Part shown: one piece after another, positions 1 to 14,604 of the stretch | Layout of the letters: every line of letters begins with the position of its first letter | Position numbering within the stretch: position 1 is the stretch's first letter | NCBI GenBank assembly: GCA_964016885.1 | Contig: OZ024741.1 | Span: 137,888,001-137,952,000 of the forward strand | Direction: 5' to 3' | DNA from: Eledone cirrhosa | Lineage: Eukaryota | Length of the DNA: 64,000 nucleotides | Made by a program: the position numbers and the translations under genes | The notes under the pieces: model-generated | What the model saw: only the letters and a program-made list of their open reading frames with translations | The model's database searches: none | What the model was told of the DNA's origin: nothing

Positions 1-563
1 TTATTCAAAAATATTCCTACTAAAGGAATCATTTTCCTACACACACACACACACAATATATATATTCTCTTCATCTTAACATGCTAACCATACTCCCACA
101 CATAACATCCACCCCCATCCACACACATAACATCCACGCCCATCCACACACACACAACTCCCTCCCCCATTTATACTAATAGAATCACTTTCCTACACAC
201 ATATACACACAGACAAAATATATATATTCTCTCCATCTTAACATACTCCAACACACACTCACACACAAATAAACATACATATCTTTACTTTCTTTATTTC
301 AATAGAAAATCTGAATTCTGACACCCCAGTGAACCAGCCATATTCACTGAACCAGGCCAATTCTCCCATCCCATTTCTCTTGACCATTATCTTTTGCTTG
401 TCATAAAATTCTCTAAAAGGCTACAAAATACATTCCCAAATACCGGCGCGAAATTTAATGAACTTGTTCACGTGATAGTCATAATTTCATTTATAACCAA
501 TCGAATTATATTTGTTAATAAAAAGCCTTCGTGAGCCACTTTTTTTTCGATTTCACCTTTTTT

Positions 564-597
<34 letters not shown>

Positions 598-699
598 GAT
601 ACATACATACATATATATATATACATATATAAACGATATATATATATATATACATATATAAACGATACATACATCTCTCCCTCTCTCTGCCTATCTCTC

Positions 700-825
<126 letters not shown>

Positions 826-856
826 AACGATACATACATACATATATATATATATA

Positions 857-1066
857 GTGGTAGAACACTGGAAGGTGATATCCGTAGTGGCAGAGCACTC
901 AGTCCATGGGAAGAGTTAGGTAGAAGTGGTTACACAACAGTTAGTTCACCGGACCGAGAACAATTGTTTCACCTTAGCGGATCCTCAGCTCGTCTATTAC
1001 GAGCTGAGGAGCCGCTAAGGTGAAACAATTGTTCTCGGTCCGGTGAACTAACTGTTGTGTAACCAC

Positions 1067-1071
<5 letters not shown>
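857..1071. mobile_element. Non-autonomous PLE-type fold-back mini-element (family A) in (TA)n; inverted arms 921-993 / 999-1071
   Basis: Near-perfect ~73-bp inverted repeat with an extra ~64-nt tail on the left, (TA)n on both sides; related copies at ~17395-17512 and ~25783-26017. Confidence 0.8.
1000..1037 (+). ncRNA. Minimal type I hammerhead ribozyme (mirror copy at 955-992 on the minus strand)
   Basis: cgag-CTGAGGA-gcc(gctaa)ggt-GAAA-caattg-TT-ctcg: helix I cgag/ctcg, palindromic helix III, GUU triplet. Confidence 0.7.
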
Positions 1072-1108
<37 letters not shown>

Positions 1109-1111
<3 letters not shown>

Positions 1112-1915
1112 GAGTGCGACAAATGCAGCAAGTTCTACGTAGGTAGCACCACCAGACCACTTCACATAAGAATAAAAGAACACCTCAATACTAACTCTTC
1201 CTTATTTCTAGTGAAATGCAAAAACATTGACAAAAACATAACAGTTAGCATAGAAACTAAGGAAAGAAACCTCGGCAATCTTAGAATTAAGGAAGCACTG
1301 ATTATAGACAAAACACAACCACCAATCAACAATAGACTAGAACTCAACACCCAATTTATAACTTGATAGAGCACCTAGCCCCACACTTACACCCTTCTCT
1401 CACACACACGCACACGCACACGCACGCACACACACACACACGCACACGATTACACCTCCACTTATTATCTCTCACACACACACATACACACACAAAGACC
1501 AGTTTTAACATGATAGAGCATCTAGCCCCCACATTTACGTATAGACATATCTTCTCACACTCACACGCACACACACACACGCATACTTACGCCTTCACGT
1601 ATTCTCCGACACACTTAAACATACATGTACAAAACCCCTTTTAAAGGGAGACTACTCTTTATCCACCTAACCTTCACTCTTTGACATTAGAGATAGAAAG
1701 GAATCTGTATACCATTTCCTGTCAGCATGACTTGGCAAGCTATTTAGAACACTGGATTAACCACTTTACTTCCCTCCGAAAAAGATATATTATCTCGAAA
1801 ATTAAGGATATTTAAATAAATTTAAGGTAAAAGACTAATTGTCAACAATATCTTTTGCATTTGCATTTATATTCTATATCCATACCTCCATTGTCTTGGC
1901 CTTACAACTACAAAC

Positions 1916-1917
<2 letters not shown>
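1109..1917 (+). mobile_element. 5'-truncated Penelope-like element: GIY-YIG endonuclease C-terminus (1109-1366) plus 3' non-coding region
   Basis: ECDKCSKFYVGSTTRPLHIRIKEH...LRIKEALII...PPINN matches the PLE GIY-YIG pattern (YxG, R, E, N); flanked by (TA)n. Confidence 0.8.
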
Positions 1918-1979
<62 letters not shown>

Positions 1980-1981
<2 letters not shown>

Positions 1982-2432
1982 TTTTTTAATTTGTTTTGCA
2001 AGTTTTCTTATCTGAAATCGTGTGCTGAAACATATATTGTTATATTTGGGAGGGTTATGTTGCCAATAAAAAAACACACGCGCCTGTTGGTTTTCCCTTC
2101 AATTTATTATAAATGTCACGCTGGTTGGTTCAATAACCGGAAGGTTGTTTATATATTGTCAAACTCTTTCGTCACACATTCTGTGTGCCTCCTTTGTTCT
2201 GTCCTACATCATCTTCTTTTTGTGTGTTGTGTGCTTAGCGCATGCGTTACATCCTGCTGTGGTTGTGTCTGTTTTTTCTGTTATTTATTTATGTGTTTAT
2301 TTACTTGCCACTAGTTGGCTGTTTGTTCTATCTGTGTGTGTATGTGTGATTTGTTTTGTTAGTTTGGGATTTGTGTGTGTGTCTGTATGTCTTACTTTTG
2401 TCCTTAATTACTAGTTGTGATGTTCCTATCCC
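1980..2432 (-). mobile_element. 3' pLTR fragment of PLE family 2
   Basis: Diverged copy of 6803-7285 (gggagggttatgttgccaataa, tctttcgtcacacatt, agttgtgatgttcctat). Confidence 0.75.
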
Positions 2433-2559
2433 ACACGCACACATATATATATATATATATATATGATGGCTGGAGCTCGATTTCGAATAATGCCATCGCT
2501 TGATACATAAACATAAGAATCACGGACGTGGCTTTTAAGTCCTGCTATGGACTAAAATG

Positions 2560-2830
<271 letters not shown>

Positions 2831-2877
2831 TATATGTATATATATATATGTATATATATGTATATGTATATATAATA

Positions 2878-2930
<53 letters not shown>

Positions 2931-3006
2931 GCATACATATAGACTTGTATAGTGTGAAGGTAGGTTGTGAAGCTTAGTGAAATAGTTCTCCCATCTCGGT
3001 CTGCGT

Positions 3007-3328
3007 CAGGGCCGGACTTAATGGGGGAAAAGGGGGCAGTTTCCTCAGGCCCCCTGTAGTGGGAGGGCCGGCTACAAAGAGAGTCGTACAGTTTATTAGT
3101 GTCTTCACTTGGGCTCTTCAGTTTTAGGATGGTTAGAATATTTTAATTTAATACCTGTAGGTATAACTCTTTATTTCCAATTCCTTGCGTCAAGAAAACG
3201 TTGATATGTAGAATTGGGACGTTTGCTGTGTATTCTAATTGTTTGTGTAGGAGAGGCCCTCGAAACCTGAGGTGACTCGGGGCCCACAAACCTAAAGTGC
3301 CCCACCCCAAGGTCTAAATCCTACCGTT
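3007..3328. mobile_element. Degenerate MITE-like non-autonomous DNA transposon
   Basis: Begins cagggccggacttaa with a degraded inverted end (ctaaatcctaccgttg) and GC-rich ggcccc subterminal motifs. Confidence 0.4.
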
Positions 3329-3437
3329 GTTTGCATTAGTTGCATCTATATGTAGTTATATATATATACATATATATATATGTGTGTGTGTATGTGTGTT
3401 TGTGTGTATGTATGTATGTATGTGTGTGTGTGTGTGC

Positions 3438-3533
<96 letters not shown>

Positions 3534-4210
3534 GTGTGTGTGTGTGTGTGTATAGCTGCACAATCGAAAGTTAATGACTGAATATATGTAGATTATTCAT
3601 GGGTTGCAAGGTAATGAATCGCTTTGTTGCATCTCGAATGGTTTTTGCTTGTATAAACTCATCCAGTCGACCAAACGCTAGATGGGATTTCCAAGTTATG
3701 TCATTAAAATTGTTTTTTTTTTTATTGCAAATTTATGCTAAATTCGGCTAATAAACGAATTCTTTTCTATTCAAATTTACGCATATATATATATAGTTTC
3801 GTATCGTTGATTCTCCTACAGATATTGCAGGAACGAGCAATATTTGCTCGAGCCGGTTTTGGTTGAATAGCACATCATTTAGACCTTACGTGACCAACAT
3901 TTGATATCCTGTGGTAAGTGAATATGGCTGTAACAGAAGCATTTCTTTGGCATTATCGTGTGTATGTATGTCTGCGTGTTTATCTGTGTGTGTTTGACAT
4001 TGAATGATTTCTGTGTTTGCAGGAATCCCTATAGATGCACCTTACGTGAATCGGTTTTATTAAACTTTATATTACTCAGATTTGAAAAATTGTCACGTCA
4101 TTCTAATGGACTTCCGAAATTAAATATTATTTGATTATTCCTTTTAAGGTCTTTAGTGCCCACTTTAATACTAATAAATTCCTAAATCCACATATTTAAA
4201 AACCTGAACG

Positions 4211-4275
<65 letters not shown>

Positions 4276-4277
<2 letters not shown>

Positions 4278-4890
4278 TGGCTGCCAACTCGTTTTCCAGT
4301 ACGGCCACTACTTTATATCCATGTAGGAGAACTCCTACCGATGCGCTGAACGAGTGTAACTTTTTAGTCCAGCCAGCTACTTGAATACTCTGGTACAAAC
4401 ACTACACTTGTGACAAATATTGACACATAGTGCTGGGCCCATGATACGATGTGATGACAAGTGCAGAGAGATCTCCAGATATAAAGCAATGCCTGTGCTG
4501 TGAAGCTTTTATAGTGAGCAAAGGCACTGCACAAAGCCAGTCCCACTCTCTTAACCAAGATGATATTTACCAAAAAGAAGAACAAGTCAACATCATTGGA
4601 TACCATGAGAGTTGCAGGTGTTATATCAGAGTTTTCCTTCTCCTAGAATTCTGCCTTGACAAAGGCTAAGGTGTCATCTCTCCCGGTGATTTTGGATGGC
4701 CATTGACTCTTAAGAGCTCCTTTGCCCTTTGACAGGTTTTGTTTTTAGTCCTGCAGGATGTCCAAAGTCACCCTCCTCACCAAGAAACCTTGGTGGGGTT
4801 GCCAGTTTAGTCGCCAACGACCCGACCATGAGACAGGTTGTACTGGGATACATGTTACCAGTAGCACCAACTGGTGACCTGACATGTTGG
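4276..4890 (-). mobile_element. RTE-clade LINE 5' region (degenerate)
   Basis: Minus strand carries tctaggagaaggaaaactctga, a motif typical of RTE 5' UTRs and also seen at ~9875; (TA)n on both sides. Confidence 0.55.
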
Positions 4891-6007
4891 TATATATATA
4901 TATATATATATATACCAACATACATGTATAGATAGATATTTATATATATTCGTACATATCTGAAATACTTGCATGCACCCAAAATCATGAACACACACAC
5001 ACACACACACATACCCCCCCCCCACCAACACCACCACACACACACATAAACAATAATGTTGCACAATGAAAAGAGTTAACAAAACAATAATACGAATTTC
5101 CCACCAATCATCCATTAATAAATTGACTGCTGGTAAAAAGCAAGCTCAATAACCTGTCATTAGAGATTAAGGTCAAGACATACACATCATGGTTTATGTG
5201 TATATCGTGTTTTCGCCTATGGCCGTTCGTTTGATACACCCAGACTATATACTAACATAAAATGGTATGTATTTGTTAGAATAAATAAATATTCCGTATT
5301 AATACATACAAGATGCAAAACAATGCTGCTGATAAAGAACAAAGCTTTTGCTTAACGCAACGCCTCATTTATTTGACTGGAACATACAGTATCCATTCAA
5401 GCGTAGTTGCATAGTTCTCTGACTTATGGCTATGTTTTACGGAGAAGATATATGCGTTAGATTATTAGATACGCGAATAACTGCAGTAGTAGCAGCAGCA
5501 GAAACTATGTCTTGCGGTGAATGGTTTAGTTTTAGTTTCAATCGCTATATCATGCATGAATGAAGCAATTTAATTCCAGTGCATTCGATAGTGTTAAAGC
5601 TAATGCTAAACACAACCAACACTATTACTGCGTACAGGCTGTTCCGTTCATCGTACAACTGGAATAACTGTTGTTGCAACCCACGTAGGGCCAGTTAATG
5701 CTATACACTCATTGTCAATAAAAGTTTTACATACACAGTAATAAGAAAATAAATCTATTGTGGGGTAGGGCATACATACATACATCACAAACGTGTGTGT
5801 GTATGTGTGTTAATATTTATAATTATATTTTCACTGCCAAATGTGACGCAAGTGTGAATGTCAATTTACATTGTATTATAAGAATACGTACACACACATA
5901 CGTACACATATATATATATATATAAATATATATATATATAAATATATATATATATAAATATATATATATATAAATATATATATATATAAATATATATATA
6001 TATAAAT

Positions 6008-6092
<85 letters not shown>

Positions 6093-6579
6093 AAGAGAGA
6101 GAGAGAAAGAGAGAGAGAGAAAGAGAGAGAGAGAAAGACATATATATATATAAATTAAAGTAACAAATATATAGGACATATGAACAAAAGCATCCGACGT
6201 TCTCTTCAGCCACATCCAGATAATGCACTTTCGTGCCTGATGGTGGTATTGCATGATATTGTGTCCAGGCCGGATGATGGCTGAGAATAAGGTGCTGCAC
6301 AGACGAATATGAGAAAACAACAAACAGACAGGGACAACAAATGTATCTTTCAATTAGTACAGAGTGCATTGCAGGCAAATTGTGCCGATGGTAACTTCGG
6401 AAGGAAAGTAATTTTGCGATTCATAAAAAAGAGGAGAGGGAACGTGTGCGAGTGTAAGACAGTGATTCGGGGCTTGTAAATAAACAATTAGTTAATCAAA
6501 GAAGGAGCGCGTAGCTTTTAAGAAGTGATAAATAACAAAGTTGGAGGCGAAAAAACATCGGAATATATATATATATATT

Positions 6580-6771
6580 ACGAAGGAAATGTGGTAAGGA
6601 ACCAGGTGGACCATAACGCACCAAAGTACTCAATACTTAGGGTAGTAGAGTGGCTAATAGGAACCAGTAAGACCCCGACGGCTGAGCTCAAGCCGCTTCG
6701 ACGGCTAAATTTTAGTCCAGAATTAGCCGTCGAAACGGCTTGAGCTCAGCCGTCGGGGTCTTACTGGTTCC

Positions 6772-6774
<3 letters not shown>
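6580..6774. mobile_element. Fold-back mini-element family B in (TA)n
   Basis: Inverted arms ~6657-6708 / 6723-6774 plus a ~77-nt tail; near-identical copies at 15451-15686 and 31799-31991; contains the 3' half of a hammerhead (GAAA-cggc..gccg-TC). Confidence 0.85.
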
Positions 6775-6802
<28 letters not shown>

Positions 6803-7253
6803 TTCGTTTCTGAATTTGTTTAGCAAGATTCTTTATCTGAAAACGAGTGTTGAAACCGATATTCTTATGCTTTGGGAGGGTCATCTTGCCAATAAGAAAC
6901 ACACGCACCATAAGCTTTCACTCCAATTTATTATAAATTAAAGTATAAATTTAAGAATTTATAAATTTCTGGTTGGTTGGTTGGTTCCACAACCAGACGA
7001 TTGTTCATATATTCTCAAAGTTCTTTCGTCACACATTATGTGACCTCTTCAGTGACTGGGATTTTTTTCTTTGTTTTTGTGCCTCTCCTTTGTTCTGTCC
7101 TATGCCAGTTTGTTATTGTGTGTGTTGTGTGCTTTGTTTGCGCATGTGTTACATCCAGGTGTCTGTGTGTGTTTATATTCGTTTATTTATTTGTTTGTTT
7201 ACATGTTACTGGTGGTTGTTTGTTCTATGTGCGTGTGTGTTTTCATTTTGTCC

Positions 7254-8830
7254 TTACTTGTAAGTTGTGATGTTGCTATTCCATTCATGTTTTCTATTTA
7301 ATTTTGGTTGGAGTTCATTTATGTTTATTGCCTCTGTGATTTGTCTAAACATTGCGTCTTTTCTGTGTGTAGATTCTATTTTTATTTCTATGTTCTCTAA
7401 TTTACCCTTATGTTTTATTTTAGCATGTTGGTGGAGTACAGATGATTTTTTACTATCTTGAAGCTCTCGCCAGTGTTCATTTATCCGTTCTCCTATACTA
7501 TGAGCTGTCTCACCTATGTACACTATATTCTTATCTCTACATTGTCCTTCAGTACATCTGATGCTATATACTACATTTCTAGTTTTACAGTTAATACGGG
7601 GCTTAGTTTACAGATTATACATTTCTTATCTATACAGGGAGGTCTTTGAAAAGGGTATGTATTGTTAATAAGTGTTGTTATGGAGGTACCTGGTCTTTCT
7701 ACTATCTTAATATTGAGTTTATGTTTATCTAGGGCCCTTCTAAATTTGTAAGCTAATTCACCTCTAGGGGTTGTATTGATGAACATTACACTTTGGTATT
7801 TATTGCTATCATACCATGAGTTTATTCTATTAACCTTGTTCCTAGTTCTTTCTATTCTATTCCAAAAGTTGCTCCTATACAAGGGTCAGGTCCGATTTGT
7901 ATCATTATTTACCATTTTTTTCCATTTGGTTCTGGCTCCTCTATATACTCTAATTTTATCTCTCTGATTGTAACCAGAGAACTGCATACGGTGGATGAAG
8001 TGTTCTATGTGTCTCTCTAGTTCTTTGGGGTTGCACATGCGGGACACGTTTCTCATCACCCGTACCAAATCCGCAATCAGTATGTTGATTTTGGTGTGGT
8101 CCGAAACAGCTGAGTTTCGGTGGATATTTGGAAGTCATGCGTTTGGCATAATGGGAATGGAGGATTTGTTTTTTGTTATTAATGCTTTCTAACCAGAGCT
8201 CTGTGTCTAGTACAGGTAATCGATGGTTGGGGTGTTTGCTTGGGTAGTCTATAGTAACTCTAATACTCTGGTGGATGATGTTAGCTATTTGCTGGATGCT
8301 TTCCGTTGTGTTTTTCTCTAATTCCTGACTGTTCTCTAGTGGGGGTGTTTTTACTACGATGTTTATATCATCAACGTAGCGGGAGTACATTATCAGGGTT
8401 AAGAGGTTGCTGTCTTCTAATTGTTCTTTAAGTGTAAGTCTATTGTCCCACCATACCATGAATAGGTTAGCTATGTCACCTGCAATGCTATCACCAATGG
8501 CTGCTCCCTCCTCTTGGGCATATGTTTTTCCATTAAATTTGAACATATATTCCTTAAGGGTTAATTTTATACTGGCCCCCACGCACGTGCAATCATTTTC
8601 TTTAGTTCATCATCGTTTTCGGGGGTCCGTATGGCTCTGGTCCACCCGTTCCATCTATCTGTGTGGGGTTTCTTGGCCATTGAGGTAATGGTAGGTGGTC
8701 TGCCTCTTGCTGGTCTTGTAGAGCACAGGTTGCTAAGGTCATATGTATCTAGATAATCATTACTATAGGTAAGTTTAAGTAGGAGTCCCAGCTCACTGGT
8801 ATCAATCCCACGGAATTCAACATTGCTGTC
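7254..8830 (-). pseudogene. PLE RT plus GIY-YIG polyprotein, fragmented by frameshifts
   Basis: Collinear ORF pieces 7956-8582, 7886-8068, 7571-7882 and 7254-7523. Confidence 0.88.
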
Positions 8831-8851
8831 TCACTGATCATTTCTACGCAT

Positions 8852-9266
8852 TAGCAATACATACCCTTTTCAAAGACCTCCTTGTATAGATAAGAAATGT
8901 ATAATCTGTAAACTAAGCCCCCATATTAACTGTAAAACTAGAAATGTAGTATATAGCATAATATGTACTGAAGGACAATGTAGAGATAAGAATATAGTGT
9001 ACATAGGTGAGACAGCTCATAGTATAGGAGAATGGATAAATGAACACTGGAGAGAGCTTCAAGATAGTAAAGAATCATCTGTACTCCACCAACATGCTAA
9101 AATAAAACATAAGGGTAAATTAGAGAACATAGAAATAAAAATAGAATCTACACACAGAAAAGACGCAATGTTTAGACAAATCACAGAGGCAATAAACATA
9201 AATGAACTCCAACCAAAATTAAATAGAAAACATGAATGGAATAGCAACATCACAACTTACAATTAA
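8852..9266 (+). pseudogene. Inverted copy of the PLE Zn-knuckle linker and GIY-YIG endonuclease
   Basis: Open frame NTYPFQRPPCIDKKCIICKLSPHINCKTRNVVYSIICTEGQCRDKNIVYIGET...; catalytic-region R replaced by W (GEWINEH). Confidence 0.85.
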
Positions 9267-9656
9267 GGACAAAATGAAAACACACACACGCATAGAACAG
9301 ACAACCAACCTGTAACATGTAAATAAACAAATAAATAAACAAATATAAACACACACAGACACCCGAATGTAACACATGCGCAAACTAAGCACACAACACA
9401 CACAAAAACAAAATGGCGTAGAACAGAACAAAGGAGAGGCACAAAAACAAAGAAAAGAATCCCCAATCACTGAAAAGGTCACAGAATGTGTGACGAAAGA
9501 ACTTTGAGAATATATGAACAATCGTCTAGTTGTGGAACCAACCAACCAACCAGAAATTTATAAATTCTTAAATTTATAAATTTAATTTATAATAAATTGG
9601 TGTGAAAGCAGCTGGTGCGTGTGTTTCTTATTGGCAACATGACCCTCCCAAAGCAT

Positions 9657-10560
<904 letters not shown>

Positions 10561-11364
10561 GCAATTACTTTGATGCAATATATTTTAAAAGATTAGAAAA
10601 ATGATATCTCTTAAAGTCATAGAAGGGAACAGCAATTAAAGTAAAGCAACGAATACATAAAATTAAACTAGTACTTAATTTTATTTTAAAAGATACTTAT
10701 AGGTGAATGGTATTGTCATTAGATTGTGGAATGAACATTGAATGAAACGGGGGAAAATTCAACTCTATATGAAATATTTAGGCATAATTTAGAGGTAACG
10801 GTACTTGGTCTCAAAGAGTTTAGTGATCAACATTTAATATTACCAACGATGATTTACACATACATTTTCAGTATTCTGCTTCTTAGTAAAATATATTATT
10901 TCCGATTGAAAATTCCTTGTAGGGAAAAACACTTTAATTATTTTATATAAGCCGTTTTACAATGATGGGAGGTTTTCTTCATAGCACTTGTTAATTATGC
11001 AATATTGAAGTTGCTTATTATATATTTTAGAAAGTGGGTTGAGCAGAAATCGATAAGTGTATTTTACTTGTGCGGTGTGTTTCTCTCTGTGAAAAGTAAA
11101 TCTGAACATTGGCAATCGTTTGTCATAATAGCATCATTAATAAAAACATTTTTTTGGCCTCAAAATAGGAAATTCAGAATAGTGTCACAGAATTTTCCCT
11201 TTTTTAAACGATGACATAATATTTAAGAATTACTAAGCCCCATCTCTGCAAATTATTTATTGCATAGCTATTGTGATAAAAGAATTAGCGTGACATTTAA
11301 TTCTAAACAAAAAGTGTGTTACTTATATTTTATCTACGTTTCTACTGTATATTAAATGTCTGTA

Positions 11365-11650
11365 TGGATTGGCAGTATCAGGAGAGGGTCGGACACCATG
11401 CTTTGCAGCATAGGGTTACGGCCCTTTACGGTCTGAATTCAAATCCCACCGAGGTTAACTTTGCTTTTCATCCTTTCGGTGTCGATAAAATAAAGTACCA
11501 GTAATGCACTGGGTTAATTGCTGGCCTTGTGCCAAAGGTATAAACAATTATATTTACAGGGTCGATAACATAACGTACCAGTAACGCACTGGGATCGATT
11601 TAATCGACTCCCCCTCTAAAATTGTTGGCATTGTGCCTATCAGAAACCAC
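11365..11650 (+). mobile_element. tRNA-derived SINE (MetaSINE-like) plus a partial second 3' half
   Basis: A box tggcagtatcagg, B-box-like aattcaaatcc, core ctttcatcctttcgg.gtcgataaaataaagtacc. Confidence 0.85.
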
Positions 11651-12956
11651 TTTATTTACATTGTCATTCTCTAGAAGAGGTGAACGTTTGTATGTTTCTT
11701 TATCTTAAAGCAGTGGAAATGTATAGTCTAGGTATATGTAGATACGTAGAGCGGCTTCCATCTATTATTATGGCGCTAGTTTTATTTTATTGTATCTTGT
11801 GTGGTATATTCTGATACATGATCAGAAAGTATTCGATATTGTCTCAGAATGTATTCGATATTGGTGAGATTTCTATATTATAGGAATGGTGAATATTACA
11901 TTTGTGATGGGGACTGTATTGCGAATAGTATATCATCTTTAGCTGCATATATCTCAGAGGTTTTAATTATATCTGAAGCATATATTTTGCAAAACTGTTA
12001 GCCATGTAAAGTCCTATATTAATGGCTGTTTTTTTGCCTACCAGTATGGGTATAAACACTATTTTGATGCCCTAACAAGCTTTATTAGTGTCGGTTTTCT
12101 CAACATAGACATTGTGTTGTATGTTAAATATTTATATATGCGTATGTATTTAACAGGTCATGAATAATATAAACTTCATCTTTTCAACGGTTGGGGTGGA
12201 ACGAACTATTTTATCAGTTTTCAATATGCTAAATGCATCCTGTTACATACAGTGTGTTCCAGCTTTGACGCAATATGTGCAGCAATTATAAGGATCATTA
12301 TGACTTTATGATATTATCCATTGTCGCTATCTTGAAAAACTTGAACATCAATGTTTTCAAAGGGAATTAACTCGACATATTATGAGGAAATTTTCGTAAA
12401 TATGTGCTTTGAATATAATTTATGGGCAACTTTTTCATTTTAATGTGTTGATTTACGCGTATAAAATTTGAGATGAGATTCGTTATTTGGTGTGCTTCAT
12501 ATAGTATTCTCCAGATATCAGTCAACAGCCTGAATTTAATATTTTTCAGTCATGAATATAAATCATATCATAAATATACATTCTATAATATGTAATATCT
12601 ATTTGAAGTTTTTGTTGTATAAGAGATAAGAGTGAAGGACATGCAATGTTTCCATAAATATTTTAAAGATAAATGCAGTCTTTTGTTCAATGATTAAGTG
12701 ATTATTACATACAAATGAGGAGAGAAATGGCCATCGTCAACCGAATATTACAAAAATTAAACAATATTTAAGAAAGTCCTATTAATTTCATATTTTAATG
12801 GCGATTCTACACTCTACTCAGAGGTTGGGTTATTAATACGTCTTCAGAGCGTTAATAGCGTTACTAATTTCAACATACGGCCTTGGATTTTAAGGGAAAA
12901 TGAAAGACAATTTCGTCGATACTAATACACAATTGTTACTTAACTTTATCGAAGGA

Positions 12957-13319
12957 CTAGCAGATTTACCCGGCGTTGCCCGGGGTTTGAAATACAACAA
13001 AGAATAAACAAGAAACAAACGATAATATTAGTGATTTATTTTCAAATGAATCTGATGTTTATATTTCTGTCAATAAAGTTGGTTATCTCCCTTTTTTATA
13101 AGGATTGTCAATAAAGTTTTTGCTACCGATAATTTTGATATCAATTTTTATTGCTCAACGTGGGTCGATTTGAAAAATGTTTGTGATGTGACCATCTTAG
13201 CGACGTGTAACGTGCACAGAAAATTTGGTCAAATTCGGTTGGTAATTGTAAAAGCCTTAACTATCCAAATTTGTACACAGACACACACACACACACATCC
13301 TCGCTTTTATATATATAGA
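12957..13319 (-). mobile_element. Non-autonomous Helitron nested in a SINE
   Basis: Minus strand starts TCtatatatataaaag and ends with a cccgg-gcaacg-ccggg hairpin followed by CTAG then T; it splits a minus-strand SINE (about 12840-12956 and 13320-13440). Confidence 0.8.
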
Positions 13320-13756
13320 AGATGAAAGGATGAAAGATAATGTTGACTCCGGCGGAATTTGACCTCAGAACGTAAACTAGCGTGACTAAATACTGCAAGG
13401 CATTTTGTCCGACGTTCTAACGATTCTGTCAATGCGCCAACTATTTTTAGTGCGTTAATAACATCACCAAAATTAAATACCTTTATGCAAATATCATTAA
13501 ATAAGGTTTTAGGTTCTATAGAAATAATCACTTTCACTGACGTAGAGTCTATAGGAGTAACATTTTAAGTTCTGAACTGAAATCAGAATACATTCGACCT
13601 AGTCTAAAATATGGGTATATATCTGGCTATGATCTGGCAGGGGTTTAGGAGAGTCGTTAGAATGTCAGATAGGATGATTTGTTGCTTTCGTTTAGGTTCT
13701 CTGCGCTCCGAGTTCACATTGAGCTGGTGTTAAATACACATAAACACGCACTCACG

Positions 13757-13787
<31 letters not shown>

Positions 13788-13889
13788 AATAAATAAATAT
13801 ATATATATATATATATATATTATGAAGAGAGAAGAAACATTTAGATATAATTAGTAATAAAATGTATCATACCTAAACTGTTCCTAAAT

Positions 13890-13977
13890 TCCTCGACTAC
13901 GTAGTTTCGTGGCATAAACAAAAACAATATATCAAAGATATAGAGTCCTTGCGAGGTCTGCCGACTTATCAAGAGGA
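13890..13977 (-). ncRNA. Type I hammerhead ribozyme, U3-A8 variant (copy 1)
   Basis: tcctc-TTGATAA-gtcggca...tgccac-GAAA-ctacgtag-TC-gagga. Confidence 0.8.
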
Positions 13978-14480
13978 TACCTCATTTTACTAGTCTCAAG
14001 AACGCGTCTACACGACGTGAGAAAGAATCCCAAAAGGCGGAGGGGGAGATAGTCACGCGATATAACGGTCGAGAAACAGAGCTAAGCCTCTTATAACCAC
14101 GAAGAAAATACCACGGAGGCGGAGGGGGTATTCATATCGAGGCCGTAGAAGAGGTAGTGAAGAAGGCGAGAAGTATGAGTAATGGAAGCTTTCCAGTTGT
14201 CCCCACACCTCAAAGATTGCTCGACCAGAGGGAGTTATTAATATATTTAGAAACACACAGATACATGCGGACGCACACATATATACATGAACGCATCCGC
14301 ACCCAACTGTGAGTTAAGGGTGCCAACTTCACCGATGTTGCTCAATGAATGACTGGGACAGACCAATTCAGTTTGAACTAGACTGAACCAGTATCAGAGT
14401 TAAAAATACATTATGAAGAGAGAAGAAACATTTAGATATAATTAGTAATAAAATGTATCATACCTAAACTGTTCCTAAAT

Positions 14481-14568
14481 TCCTCGACTACGTAGTTTCG
14501 TGGCATAAACAAAAACAATATATCAAAGATATAGAGTCCTTGCGAGGTCTGCCGACTTATCAAGAGGA
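14481..14568 (-). ncRNA. Type I hammerhead ribozyme, U3-A8 variant (copy 2)
   Basis: Same sequence as 13890-13977. Confidence 0.8.
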
Positions 14569-14604
14569 TACCTCATTTTACTAGTCTCAAGAACGCGTCT
14601 ACAC

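Noticed and set aside
6190-6290. Hammerhead on the minus strand
   Set aside because: GAAA and CTGAAGA are in an order and pairing that do not give a convincing fold; motifs near 410, 1780, 14921, 18405, 21612 and 62268 are similarly incomplete
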